DNA of 64,000 nucleotides from Massalongia carnosa (GCA_965645245.1 OZ287075.1:1240001-1304000); one strand, 5' to 3'. Shown: positions 47,209 to 61,000, counted from the stretch's first letter. Numbers and translations are program-made. The notes: generated by a model from the letters alone, not told the origin.

Positions 47209-48693
47209 TCACCCCTCATCCACAAAAACCAAGCTAATGGAATCATCCCCGGCCGTCACAATCGTCCCTCCTCGCTGCACGAACCCCAGGACCCCCCCCC
47301 CCTCGCCGCCCCCCCTGTGCCCCCTAAATTCTCCCACGAGCCCTTGCCCGCTAGCGGACGTTCCCCCTCGGGAATCCCATCTCCGCACTACGCCGTCCAT
47401 GCCGCAACTCGTCAGGACATGCCCCCTTCCAGGCTCGTCCGAAAACTCCACCTTCACGACCGCGTATTCCTCGTGCGCGTCGCGTATATGCCGCCGCACG
47501 GCGAACCGGTGAGCTGTGTCGAAGAGAACGATGCTTCCATCCACGGAGCCGGCAGCTAACAAGGTGAGCGGAGCCGGACTGAACGAAAGGGTTTCGACGC
47601 CGTCGCTTTGGGCTTGTAGGCTCGCAAGGATTTGCCCGGACTGGCCGGCGCTGGCGGTTTCTGTGCCGCCGGTGCGTTTTCCCCCAGAATTCTTGCTCTT
47701 CACTCCGCCGCCTTTCGTGCCTGGCGTCCCTGCCGAGGTAATGGTTCCCAGCCGTGGTAAGCCAACGACACGGATCATGCCTCCGGCTCCGCCCACCACG
47801 GCGAAGGCGCCGGTTGGTGCTATGGCCACGCTATATAAACCCCCTTCCACGGCGAAGCGCTGATCATCCGCCGTTAGAGCGACAACGGCCTGGCTCTGGG
47901 TGCTCGTGACGCCTACAGCAGCCGCATCACGGAAGACGTCGTACACGTAGAAACTTCCATCTTCGCTGACGGTCGCTAGCAGCTTCCCATCTGGCGTCCA
48001 GGCACCTGCGGTGCACGACTCGGTGTGTAGATAATACGCTTGAAGGACTTGTAATGGAGCAATCGTATCGCTCGCGTCGACTTTGTAGACCCAGACACTC
48101 CCGTCTCCAGCCCCCAGCGCGAGTATGTTGTGTTGTGAGGAATTAGGACAAGGAACGAGGAAGTTTACCTCCTGGACCTCCTGGGTTTCACCGACGAGAG
48201 GATAGTTTTTGTCGGATGCCGAGTGCGCGCGAAGACGACCATCAAGCCCGCCGGAAAGAAGGTAATCGCCGTTGGGTAAGCTAAAGATTATAGCGTTGAT
48301 GGAGTCGGTATGACCGGAGAGTTTGGCAAGAGGGAAAGGGGAGGGCTTCGTCGGAGAAGGATTCGACTCGTAAGAGGAGGGTAGCAGCTGCGAGGGAGGA
48401 GACGCATCAAACACGTAGGCCGTGTCGTCGCCGGAGCCTGTGGCGACGATGAAGGGGTTGCGGGGATGTTGCGCTATGCTAAATATCGAATCTTTGTGAA
48501 GATCAAAGTACGCTCTGGAGTCGTTCTGGAGGTGGATTTCCTCGTCCAGTCCCTCGCCATCGGGATCGTCGTCTTCCGAGTCCATCGCATGATCTGGATC
48601 GCTGGGGATCTCCTCGCCAGCTTCATCGGCGTCGAGGAGGGCGTCATCGTTCTCGAGCGGTTCATGGCCTGTAGAGGGAATATGTGAAGCCAT
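47209..48693 (-). CDS. SQT1: WD40-repeat 60S ribosome assembly chaperone Sqt1
   Basis: Acidic N-terminus, then LQNDSRAYFDLHKDSIFSIAQHP, ATGSGDD, GHTDSINA, SGGLDGRLR, HTESCTAGAWTPDGK, FAVRRHI and GGVLGFVQ. Intronless; likely ATG at 48691-48693. Confidence 0.92.
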   Translation of the reverse strand: MASHIPSTGHEPLENDDALLDADEAGEEIPSDPDHAMDSEDDDPDGEGLDEEIHLQNDSRAYFDLHKDSIFSIAQHPRNPFIVATGSGDDTAYVFDASPPSQLLPSSYESNPSPTKPSPFPLAKLSGHTDSINAIIFSLPNGDYLLSGGLDGRLRAHSASDKNYPLVGETQEVQEVNFLVPCPNSSQHNILALGAGDGSVWVYKVDASDTIAPLQVLQAYYLHTESCTAGAWTPDGKLLATVSEDGSFYVYDVFRDAAAVGVTSTQSQAVVALTADDQRFAVEGGLYSVAIAPTGAFAVVGGAGGMIRVVGLPRLGTITSAGTPGTKGGGVKSKNSGGKRTGGTETASAGQSGQILASLQAQSDGVETLSFSPAPLTLLAAGSVDGSIVLFDTAHRFAVRRHIRDAHEEYAVVKVEFSDEPGRGHVLTSCGMDGVVRRWDSRGGTSASGQGLVGEFRGHRGGGEGGGVLGFVQRGGTIVTAGDDSISLVFVDEG

Positions 48694-48958
48694 TCGGAAT
48701 AGGTGTGTTTCGACAACAAGAGTGTGGCATGGGAAATTTAATTCTCTATCTCGCAATCTTTCTTTATAAGTACCTCGTAGTTATTGAATGTTTCCCCTTC
48801 CAACAAAAGGCATAGCTAAAGCTCCTCACTTCTTGCGCGCTGCAGTGCAACTTATTGGATTAGAAATCTTTACATGGTATGAGTTGTTAACGCTCATTTG
48901 AACCCCTCGCAATTTTGGTTGTTTAGATATGCATTGTTATTCGTAAGTTTTGTGTTTC

Positions 48959-49080
48959 GGTTCTATGGTGTAGCGGTCAGCGTATGACTTCCCATTTCTT
49001 GTTGAAATTTGATAATGTTAATCTAGTTTAGACTCTGGATTCTGATTCCAGCGACCCCGTTTCGAATACGGGTAGGACCT
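48959..49080 (+). tRNA. tRNA-Gln(CTG): tRNA-Gln(CUG) interrupted by a 50-nt GT-AG intron in the D-arm
   Basis: Exons 48959-48981 and 49032-49080 join to a 72-nt cloverleaf: acceptor GGTTCTA/TAGGACC, D-stem GTGT/GCAC, anticodon arm CTGGA-TTCTGAT-TCCAG, T-arm CCCGT-TTCGAAT-ACGGG. Confidence 0.92.
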
Positions 49081-49088
49081 TTATTTAA

Positions 49089-49095
49089 TTTTTTT
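49089..49095 (+). terminator. T7 run, possible Pol III terminator of the tRNA gene
   Basis: TTTTTTT beginning 9 nt after the discriminator base. Confidence 0.55.
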
Positions 49096-52000
49096 CCTCT
49101 TTCACTCCTCTTTTTCGTGAATGATTTCATTTTTCTAGTTTCCTATTGCTTTGAATTTTTTGAACCAAATTTTCAGTGTTGAGTTCAATTTATGAAGCGT
49201 TTCATCGTACAGAGAGAAGTTAGAATTAGGGTTGCCACTACTCGGTACACCACATGATCAATAAAGACCTGCATACTTTATACTTTCTCGTAATCTAGCT
49301 GTCTAGCTAGGTTTCAATCAATAAAACATGTATGTTTGGTATGGGCTGACACTAAGTCGCTCTCATAGTCCCCATCGAGTTGGACGAACGTATTGCTACA
49401 AGGTCAACTTTAATACCCCTAAGGACGAACACGCTATCCTATGGTCACTATCTACTTCTTGTACTCGCACCAAAGTGCCAGCAAAAGCTTCAGCAAGAGG
49501 GGAATCGAAATCTCGTCCAGGCATGGCCCAGAGTTTCCCTCCACAGTGTTCGTATGGTCGGACCAAAGCTTTTTCAACGCCGGGCGGTACTACGCGACCT
49601 TGTCTAGCTTTCAAGGTTCCAACAGCGTTCCTGAGGGTGGTGGCCGCTATGGTTACCTGAACGATTTATACATAATATGAGTCTATGATTGATTGAGGAA
49701 TAGGCACTTGAACCACTGACATGATGATATCAGGACTTGACACGCAGAGAGCCCATGCATTTTTACCATCCGACTGTCATCACAACGTACTCCAGTCTCA
49801 AACAAAGTAGCGCCAGTGACGGCGTCACTATGATGGGCGGCTTGGTTTTCCCGCTGCAATAGTAGGACGCAAGCGCACGAGGTGCTGAAGTATGTCTCGT
49901 CGGAATGTATCTAGGAAACGATTTCGAATATACAGGTATTCTTTGCTCGTCTGAGAGAGTGCTATTGTCTTCTAGATTCTTGCTCTAAAAGCTTACGCCT
50001 TGTTTCTTTGCGTCATTAATATATTCGGCGATATATTGTAAGGGAATAGTGACGTTTAACCTGTTCAACGTTGCCTTAAGCGCTGGCTTTACCTTCCAAA
50101 AAAAAAACGCCATTTGCTCACTAATGAGTTCCATCCCCAATGGGAGGTTGTTACTTCGTGACTTGGCCTGTCTCTTTTCCAAACAAGCCTTTTGGGCTAG
50201 GAGCATGTTCGTTTAGTATCATTGGAGATATTTCACTGGTGTTCGAGAGCAGCGTGTCTCCCCCTGTTTTCCAGCATGGTGATATTGAAAATAAAGAGCT
50301 GGGAAAAGGATCACCAAGAAACAGTCAAAAATAAACCAATTTCTACTATTCTTAACATAACCACTGTATTCGCCAAAGACTTTACCACCATTCCATCTCT
50401 CTGCGTCTTGGCTTTTGTATACCTATTCCCATTTCTCGTACTCTATTAGTACTCCGAAGATCACGGCTCACTCGGTCTTGAGCGGAGGTCCTGCGTTTTC
50501 TATACACGGCATGATCTCTTGTAACGGGGGTTCTCAAATTGCGACCAATCGTCATTCATCGCATCCTTCACATCCTTCGCATTCTTCGCATTCTTTGCAT
50601 CCTTCGCGCAATTTTTGTCCGCGAGAAATCTTCTTGGGTTTGCAATAGGCTAAAGCAGGTTACCTTGAGTCTGCTGCGCCTCCGGGCTACCTAAAATCCC
50701 CATGTCTTTTTCTCTCTTAGAGCTTCCCACAGTTGGAGGTCCAGAGCCCAAAGCGCAAGGGAGAGAGTTTTCATGGGTTGATCTCCACGAGATCGGTAAT
50801 CAACCGAATCGTTGCGTTCTAACGAATACGAAGTATGAGGTTCTTCGTCTTCGAGCTTCGGTATATATATAGGACAAGCCACCTCATTGGTGTTTTCGTT
50901 GTCCCCCTTTGAAAAGATTTGAGATGAATGGAGTCTAGGGGATGGACCTATTGCTGCCTCTAAACTCCATTTCTGCTTCTCTAAGACACTACCTGTCCAC
51001 GCCTAGACATAGCTAGCTCTTTAGGGTCTTCACTGTTTAACCAGTGAGTAAGGGTCAAGATGTGGACGCTTAAGCTCCCTGACCGGAGCTAACAGACGAG
51101 ATCACCTGTATCGGAGTTGTCTCTACACGCGAAGCTCCTAACAAAGATATTGTTATATTTCTGCTGTTTCTTTAGGGGGTGTTTTTACATAGAAAATCAC
51201 TTGTAAGTACCTGTGCTTACATATGATGAAAGAAAGGGAAGGCTAGAGGAATGAGAACTTAACCAAAAGGAGGGGAAAAAGAGCCCTATTGTCTTACGCT
51301 CGCGCTTCTTGTGACTATTACGGATGTTATCGCTGCCCTTGAAATTTGTCGAGCGAGGACCAAGAAGCTGGTATAGACGTTACTACGTGGACGGAAACGT
51401 ATTTTTCGTTGGTTCATCTGTATCATAAAAGAAGAGTTAAGGCCATGTGCAAACGCCAATTCTAGTTATTCTTTGAATCATGAAGATCTTCTTCCTGTTC
51501 TGCATCACGCGCGTAAGCGTACTTAACCTGTTTAGTAGTTCAATATTTGTTCTAAGAGTTATATCTCTCCGTATAGTTGCTAAGAATTATGTCTCTCAGT
51601 AGAGTTGCTACTCTTTCCAATTCCCATGCTCGTCTTATTGTTTTATTCGATTTCTCTTTTTCCCTCAGGATGCACCACACTGAACGTACTGTCAAGGCAG
51701 ATTAGACGAAGAATCTGACTTGCCCCTTTTAGAGTCGAATTTCACATAACAAGGTTTTCACTGGGTTTGTAGACTCGATGCAAGAAGAATGCGCTAGTCC
51801 TTGCTGATCTAATATTTTCGCATAGTATTCGATACGTTCTCAAAATCCGTCTCATTTGTATTTTGTCATTGTATTACCCTTGTCACTGTTGGTTTGGTGT
51901 AGATATCATGTTCCACCCTGGAAGTTGTATCAACTCACGGTAGACGCTAGATGGGTTCTATGGAATCAATCTGTCGGCTGGAAGGAAGTGCGGAGCAGCC

Positions 52001-55000
52001 GAACGAATGAGTCATTCCAAGAGCCGTAGTCGGCCAAGCTGATGCCATCAAGTCCTGTGGACGGCCTTGAAGCAGACGTTAGCCTCTGCAAATATCGGAG
52101 AGCCATTGTCGATGCAGAGTTTGGCCGGTATGTGGCACAGTTATAGTTCTTGTCCGTGTGCTTTTGAGCGTGTACGGCCTTTAAAAGGGGTAACAAGTCC
52201 TAGCAAATCCGAATGGAGCGCCAATTATTTATAGTATTATTGATCCATAATACCCTGCAACATCTAAGGCAAAGTATGATTATCGTATTGTCTAATTCAG
52301 GGTGGATGGCAGCATTTTTCTTCTTTTCCCCGAATTCGGAGGCGTAATAATTTAGTTCGCGTCGCCGGTAGCGGTTTTGGTGGCTCTCAGGTTCTTCCTC
52401 GATTAGCTTGTTGATCATGGCGATTTGGGGACAATACTCGGGCGTATAGATGTCTTGAATGAAACGCTGGAACGATGAATCCGTTCTTTTCATTCGTACA
52501 AGCCGTCGCTAATAGTTTTCGACTCACTCGTTCTTCGAACTTCCAACTTCCAACTTCCATGCTCATGAAGGATAATTTCGTCGTTTGTGTTCAAACAACG
52601 TGCCTGGTCCGCTTTTTGAATAGGCCGAGGAAGGAAGACCAGGAATAGCATGACGAGGCTGTTTGGATATAGCTATAACGATTAAAGAAGGTGAGATAAA
52701 ATACTGAGGGGTTGAACCGAGAATCTTCTTTCTTCGTGTTCTCAGCAATCTATTATTACCCACGTTAACCTTGAGCTGGACGCCCATTTGTGAGACACTG
52801 GCCTTCCGTTTCGCAACGGCTTTGTCGAAATCCTTCTGCAACGAGCCAAGGATGGTGAGGACCTCGCTGGTCACTACGTCTCACGAATTTATGAGAAAGG
52901 ATATAGTCCACACCATGATGAATTTTGGGAAGAATATCGGTCAGGGATTTACGTGTTGCTAGCAGTCGGGTTGTGCAAACCCCCAGGAAGGCAGAATTCC
53001 GCGCTTTAAGAATGTTCTTTATCCCTTCTGGTGATCTCCCTTATTCCCCATTGTAGAGACGTTATTGTTGTCCTTCTTAGTAGTATCCTAAGGATAAATC
53101 CGAGCTTATTAGTAGTGGTGAAAGAAGCTGGGATAATGTGCAAGAGCAACAGCAGCTACACGGCCTTCTATGAACCTCTGCATAATAGTTATATATATCT
53201 TGAGATAGGATCAATTTCTTTTTTAAAAATTAAGTTAAGTTTATTTTTCTCATATAAGAATCTTACAGAAAAGCCTGCTTCCGCTGCTAGGTTCGGAATT
53301 GAAGAATAATGCACCAAAATAGATGTATATCCTGGTAAGAGAGGAGGTTTTTGCAGCAAGGCTTTTGGATAACGGTTGCTTTAGATATCTTTCATCGCAA
53401 AATCTGGCTGCTCCGTAATGGTAACTGCTGAGAAGCAATCTTTCCGATACCATCGTCAAGGGGATGAAAGCACGACTTTTGAGTTTCACTCTCGAAGTTT
53501 ACTTCCCCGCGTAGCTCGGAGAGCTTTGGCCGGGTGTTGAAATAACCTTGTTGTTGTTGTTATTTTTTAGCTTTAAAACACTTGAGTTGCTGCTAAAAGA
53601 TATCGAGTTGAGCTTTCGCATTACCCCTCTTCAGTGAGCTCAAGCCTATAGACCCAATATTGCTGTAGTAATGTCGAGCTAACTGGTTGACTTCAAGCTA
53701 TTGGCTAGGTTGACTGGAACGAATATATTTACTCCTCAACGCATATGATCTTTTTGGCATAAACCGCAGCTCTCAATGCTATAACGAAGACTAGAGGGGA
53801 AACCCTGAGACGGATAATATAACAACATGGAGTAGAAGAGAAAGGCAGAAACGAGCGACCAAGAAAACCAGCCTGCAAAAAGCTAGCAACGATTATTAAG
53901 CAATAAACGCATGCCTGATTGCACAGAACCTTAAAGGGCCAACGCAAACTTGCGCTCACAGTTTATCCCCCTTGCTTTTGGCTAGGCAGAGGGCCTTACC
54001 ATGAGGATTCCGAGCCATAGATGATAAAAGTATGAAAGGAGAAAATAATAATAAAGAGGACGGGGTGGAAGTCTTGCAGGACCAGAAACGTAAGGCAACT
54101 TCTTGTTCTAACGTTAAATTTAAATCGGAATGGCCTAAGCTCACCGACTCCGCCTATGACTCGAAATCTGCCAAGGGACGTTGCTGGGTGTTGCTTTCTT
54201 GAAGCATAGAAAGCTGGTCCATATTAGCTATATTTTACTCAACAAGAAAGAATTCAGCGCAAGAGGTGGCCAAAAAGCAAAAACAAAGAAGACAAGGCAC
54301 TCTTTCCACGAGCTTGGCTCTATGTTAGAACTTATAGTGACAGTGGAAGTTGCAGAGACTCATTTTGCCAAAATGGGTGTACAGGAAATGTAGATTTGTG
54401 TTGGTAGCCACGACGGCGAATCGATACTTTATTGTACGCTCAACTGTCCTTCTTCCTTTGACTTGTCAATAGGTAAGATTTCGTGCCCAAAGCTAAGTAA
54501 ACTTGATTCTGCATCCGTGAAGTCTAGCATGCCCAGGAGGGAGTGAGATGGAGCCAATAAAAATTTTGTTAAAATCTTGATAAACACCAAATAGCTCCTA
54601 GAGAATATAGATGATTCATAACTAAAATATTTGAGAATGAATAGATAAAATGGGTTGGGGAGGACGTGAGACGGCAACCTCATGATGCTCGACTTAATCC
54701 AGTCTTTAATGGGAAGAATGACGGTTCGAAGAGCTTCAGTTGCCACGATATACTGCGGATGCCTGCGAGATTACTGAATAGGGATTTCGATAGCTGAACC
54801 GGAAGGAGTTATAACATGTGGTTTCTCTTGAGTGGAACTGGAGATAATGGATAGTACGATGAAAACTTTGAGAGCAAGAAGGATATCATTATTACTTCAC
54901 TTACTGCTATCAACCATAATGTTCATTCGTAGCTCAAACCCGCGGGTAAGGCAACCGAGCAAGTTCCCCATAGTGGCACTTTGCGCTTCGCCCAGAGTTT

Positions 55001-58000
55001 CATAGAAAGAGACAAATTCCTCGCAACCAACTCACTCCAAACGTTCGAAATCTCCATCTGTTGGCCTCGGTCTTATCGAGAAGTATCCTGGATACTGCAC
55101 TAGCTCGATCTTGAACTGCTCGTCAATATACCTAATGTGTGGTGAAATTTTTGCTTGACAGGGGATGCAGAGACGAATGTCTATTTGTACGACTGAAAGC
55201 TGTCCTCGTGGAGCCTTTCTGGATGGGTGAGATTGAGGTTGCGTCTTCAAAGTCCTCACCTGCACCGAAATAGTACATTCATATGGGAGTAGTCATGTAA
55301 ACTAACATAGTAACTTATGCTCCCGCTCGGAAAAGGCTTTGGAAGTCTTTTTGAAACCAAGGCAAGGGACATGGCTGTGGAAATAGCTTATAAGAACCAT
55401 ATCCAATATAAATGGAGTTAGCTCAGTTCATGACTGCAGATAAAGTCTAGAACTCCAACAGAGATGATTGAGGTGAAGATAACTTCGTCGGAAGAAATGG
55501 AGTGAAAGAACCCGATATCCAAGGTTTATCTCGGTCAGCTAGCTATAGCATGGAATAACGTTTCATATATCGCACCTCCTCGTATAGATTTTTCTTCGGG
55601 TAAGTCTTAACAGGGTTTCGCTATTGCACTTGAAACAGGTGACTAAATATGATTCTTAGTATAAGAAACTAGAGACATAAAGCTAACGATTGTCTCCATA
55701 TGTTGGCCTTCTGCCCTTTAGAAACTCAAAAGCTTTCTCGTCCACGTTCTAACCTTAGCTTGGATATCCTGGATCTAGTTTTATAAGAAACTATCTTCCA
55801 TTTCCACATTTCCCAAACGCAGGGGACAGCAGGTTTGTCTACTTTTCTCATATTGGTCCAGACCAAATTTCAACTCGTTGGCTGACCCTAAGTTAGGGCG
55901 TTGGCGTTTTGTTGGCAAAGAGCCTCCAGGATTGTAGGTTTGCGATTATTGAATAACACTCTCAGCGCAACGATGAGCAGTAACACTTGTGGCTTTCTGA
56001 CTTATAGTTTTCCATGATTGAAATCAAGCCTGGCAGCCATATAAGTTTGATAATGATCTTCGTAACAGTTTCTCTTGCTAGAAATGAGCGAGTGAGGTAG
56101 AGTAGGAAAGTCAGAATTTGCACTTAGAGTCCATCTTTCAATACAGTACCTTGTCAGTCATGAAGTTAACAAAACAGGTAATATGACTGACTGCCAGTTG
56201 TATGTTCATACATCGCTCCATCTGGAGCGCTGAAACGTTTAAGCCTTGGACATATTGATAGAGATTAGGGCTTTGCAGCTTCTGTTGATGTCGCTCGGAG
56301 GTGAAAAAAGTTCCAAGAAGCAAGAATCAAAGCTCTTCGTTTTATGTTCTATTTAAGATCTTAACCGTCATTGGCATTGCTAGATCCCCCGTTGCTTTCA
56401 GCAGATAACCGTGGGATGCGCCAAGATGAAGATATTTAATGAACGGAAACCGACATGGTTTAAGATTGGTGTCATGAATATTACAATAAGTGCTTCGAGG
56501 TAACTGTTACGTTTCCGTTGGATTTCTTTTAGCAACCCTTTTCCATTTTCAGGCTCCCCACAATGGATTCATAATGTACGCTCTCCAGCTTGTCCCTAGG
56601 ATTTTCACCTATATTTTGACTCGCACATTGAAGTTTCGTAAAATCTCAATTATCAGCTATTGATTTCTTTTCTCGGATCAATGCTAAAACATGAACTCTT
56701 TGACACAACCTAGAAGTCGGATGAAGTCTGACGTTGCTGAGAAATTTTGCAGGTAAATCTTGCATATAGCAAGCGAACAAGAACTCCCGGACCTATTGCT
56801 AAGGGTGACTTAGGGTTCTTACATAGCACTGGCACCCTGGCTGGGGTAAAATTTCAAGCTTCGCTTGCTGTGACAAGGTTGGGATCCTGAACGTTCTCGG
56901 CTGTCTGAAGATTAATTATTAGAAATGTCCAAGGAGGGAATTTACTATGATTAGAAAGCCTAGCCATAAATATCCAAATCGAAAAAATCCCTGCAAGGTG
57001 GTGCTTAGGACCATCTAAGGAAGGTATATGGATCTTGTACTCTGTAGGCAGCTAATAGCATCAAAGAGTGATTATATGATCGGGTAGCTTGGGAGTTATA
57101 TCTGGTTTTCTACGATAATCGGTTGCTTTTCCTTTTTAAGTAGGAGCAAGATGCGGTTTAGTGGTGTTTCAACTCTTCGGAACACTTGTACTTTATAACT
57201 AGTTCGGTTCGCTATTAGGTATAGGCTATTAAGATTTATAACTTTATATCTGTAACCTTGATGTATTCCCAGAAAAACATCAATCAAGAAAAAAAACAAT
57301 GTTGCGAGAAATATCGTCGAGAATCTTTTGAGCAAGGGTACCCCAGTATGCCTACGCCCATTTCTTCACCTTTCTGATGAATTGAGCCGAGAATGAAGCT
57401 ATTGCGGGATTGCACTCATTAGCTTAAATGAAGGATCATCATCTTTTCTATTTCTTTTTCATTACCTTCAGAGAAGACTGGCTTGCAAAAAGTGGTATAC
57501 TATGCAGCAAAATATTAGACAACAAAGAGAAGAACGAAACGACGCCTTTGGCTTGCTAGCGATTTCTACTATTTGAAACGAAACTGCGGCACCAAGCTCT
57601 GCATATTCAATTTTTTTCCTTTTGTTACTCCTTACATATCAAGATGTAGCGACCAAACTTGTAGTCTGCCATCTGTACATAAATAGTGACAGAACCAACC
57701 GGCTGCCCCCCAGATATTGTATTCTTTGACGTTGCCCACTCAGGTTTTCTCCTTCCAGAAGATATGCGGCGGCGATCTTCTTATATTTTCAATCTGCTTT
57801 ATTTATCTTGAAATATTATGAGCAAGTTTTTTTCCCTTCGTCTATTTTGACCAATTTTACGTCGAGTTACGCAATCATCTCCTTAGTAACGATGTAGGAG
57901 CGCTGCTCAAGGAGTAGCCTTTGAACCTCCTGTCAAGAGGATCTCCGCGGGCCTGCCCATATAACCCCCAGCCTTACGCAGTACTGGATGAGCTATAGAA

Positions 58001-61000
58001 CCAAAATCAGGGCGACTAGAAACCTTCAGTCCAGGAGTATAACCCCGGATGGAGTTTCTATCGATTGACAACTGGGCAATGAGTCATAGATAGCTTTGGT
58101 CTCCTTGGTTATCTGGGTGCTTTTTTGCTACTAGCGTTTAGTTTGAACTTATGGAAGGTCAATTTCATTTATTTGTGAGCGGAAGCGCCGACTGGCTTCT
58201 GCTCTGGCTAAATATTTCGCGTAGATATTTTCTTTACACGTGAGTTATTACTGGTGTATCTGTAATCAGAACTTACCAAAATCTTCTACCTTCTAGTGCT
58301 ATATGAGACATGATATATATGATAACTCAATCATGGCTCATTTGAGGCCCTTGGGAGACAAGACGGAATCCATAAAGATACCTAGCACAATTGTTATTTT
58401 ATATTAGTTAAAGGGCACTCTTGTTATCACCAAATCTGGTGCCAACGGACGCCCTTAAAGACCGAAAATGTGCAGAGATACTTTTTTCCCAACGAGGATG
58501 ACGCGTCTTGCGAGATAGCAAGATAAGGGAAAGGTATGTGGGACTGCTCGAAGATTTCACTCCTTGAGAAGGGGGCATGAACCTGGCCGTAGAAGGCAAA
58601 GGTATAGTGTATCCCTAAACTCTTTGTTTGCAGACGTTACGGGTCAAGAAAGTCCCAATTAGTCAGCCTTTCGAGAAGACCGCACAAACCGGAAAGGAGG
58701 AGTTGAGAGAAAGAATAAAGGGAGTAATATATGTTTAAGGCGCTGCCCTGGCTTTCAGGCCAGGAAAATATTCGACTGCGATCCTCAAACTTCTATCTCA
58801 TTCTACCGCTTTCTCTCAGGATTCCTGAATTTCTCCAAGGTAGCGTTAAACGAAGTATCTGGTAAAACTGAAAATTAACACAAATTATGTTCGCTCTTCA
58901 TATTTCAGACATTCGTGGCTAAGCTGAATAGCAGACAATAGTCCTGAATGGAATTATTTTATAAAATTGACCGAGAATTTCAATTCTCAAACGCAAGCGT
59001 GTGTCTTGTTGTCTAAACTCTTGCAAGACCCATATATTTGCAAGAAATTTTAGGGATTACTCCCCCTGCCTGTAAAGTTGTGAGAAGAAATACTGTGGGG
59101 GGTCTTTAATTCGTACTCCATGCGTACCCTTTGCTATAGATAATATGTGGTTATTTTCTCGTAGATCTAGTTGTATAATCAGTTTATCGTGCATGATGAC
59201 TACCAAGCCTGCAATGCTCAGCAATTCCTTCTCACCGTTCGGTTATTTGTCTAGGATTAAAATCTTGCAAGATATCAATATTGTCCATTGTTTGGTCTCC
59301 TGCTCTTTAATTAATCAAATTCTTCGCTTATAATTTCTATCAACCTTCAGTAATATCCTGCCCAACGACGCCATCGCTCGGGAGAGATTGATGGTCTTTT
59401 CTTACAATTGTTCAGTCAAGAATTCTCTTCGTCATGTAAAGTTGAGCGTCCTTAGTGTGTCACTGTACTGAATGTTATGGAATATAAAACTTTAAACTCT
59501 TCAAGATATTCTTTCGAACCAAGATCAAGTCCATCGCTGATGGAGAGTGTAACGATGATCTGTCATAAGCATCTTCTGCAAAAGGCTGAGCTGGTTCGTA
59601 CAGTTCTTTCAAGCCCTAGAGGAAAGTGTCAAATAGAACCTAGGCAACTATGGACGATCTGAAAGTCAGAGTAGTCTTAGCTCACTATGTTCGCGAGGGA
59701 GCCATTAAAATATACAAACCAAAACTTTCGGAGGTTCCCTTCAGCTATTGAACCACTCAATCTTCACTGCGACCCGGGTCGTCGACACTCATGTTGAGGT
59801 GCATCAGCCAAACCTTCCTGCTGCCGTTTGGGTGATTGAGTATTCTTGCGATTCGTCCGTATTGCTGGAAAGAAAATAAGAAGCCACAGCAAGACTCCCG
59901 ACTAAATTCAAAGGAGAAATGTTATCACACTAGGACTTAAATTTACGAAGTCGAATTTGGAGTGAAAGAAAATTTGTAAGAAGAATTTCTAGTTATAATG
60001 TTGCGTATTGTTTTAGAAAATGAGAAGGTGACGTTTATCCAGAACTTGTATTTAAATACTTAACACAGGCCTTGAGAGTCTGGCAGAAGACTACCGTGAT
60101 TTTAGAACGCCGGATTTCGATCACCTTGTGGATAATGAACTCCCGCATAGCAGGCCGTCATAATTTTCTATATGCAAATCCGACTTTATCCTGTCTAACG
60201 CATCAGGCTAGACTCCTCTGATTCAGGTGTCTACTGTCGGTAGTGATATCGGCTCGAGCCTACCTAACTAAGTGTCCTTCAGCGCACCATCGAACGCCGA
60301 GCGATTATATTTATATCTATGAGGGTATTGAAGTATTCCGGTTCTTTGTCTAACGGGGGGTTCACATAGAAATATTCCAGGTCGCTTAGTATTGGATACT
60401 TTTCTTTTAGTACACGATGAAGGATTTTTAGATGCAAGGGTATAAGTTCTCAAAGCTCCAACGAGATCTTGCGCTTAATATATAGTTTCCAGCCTGCTTT
60501 TTATATTCTCAGTCGCTAGTAACGAAGGAGGAAACTCTAGCATCATCATATATATAGATGCTGAAATTAGAGGCCAAAAGGCTTGTGACTGTTTTAGCCA
60601 TATTCAAATCCCTCAGCTCAGAAGAGATCCTAGTATTAAGCAATAACATAGAGACATAAGTTTTCCTTCTATTTAAAGACTCTGACGCAGGCCACACTGG
60701 TAGGCAAGAAGCCCATCTCCCATATTATCCTGAGACCCTTTGCAGTTTTACTCAAGGATTTCAAGACCTCTGTTAGGTCTCAATTGCTACTTGTTTTCTT
60801 CTTTTTTGTTGAGTTTGAGTAGGCCCCATACTTTTCGGAAGCGCTACATTGCACTTCACAGGGATTCTTCCGGCATGATTACGTATTCTAGGGAAGACGT
60901 AGAACGCTCTTTTTGTTGAGATAAGAGAAAGAGTTTTTTGAAGTCAATGAAGTGGGTTGCTTGAAATCTCAATACATTAGAACATATGCAAACCTCTCCA

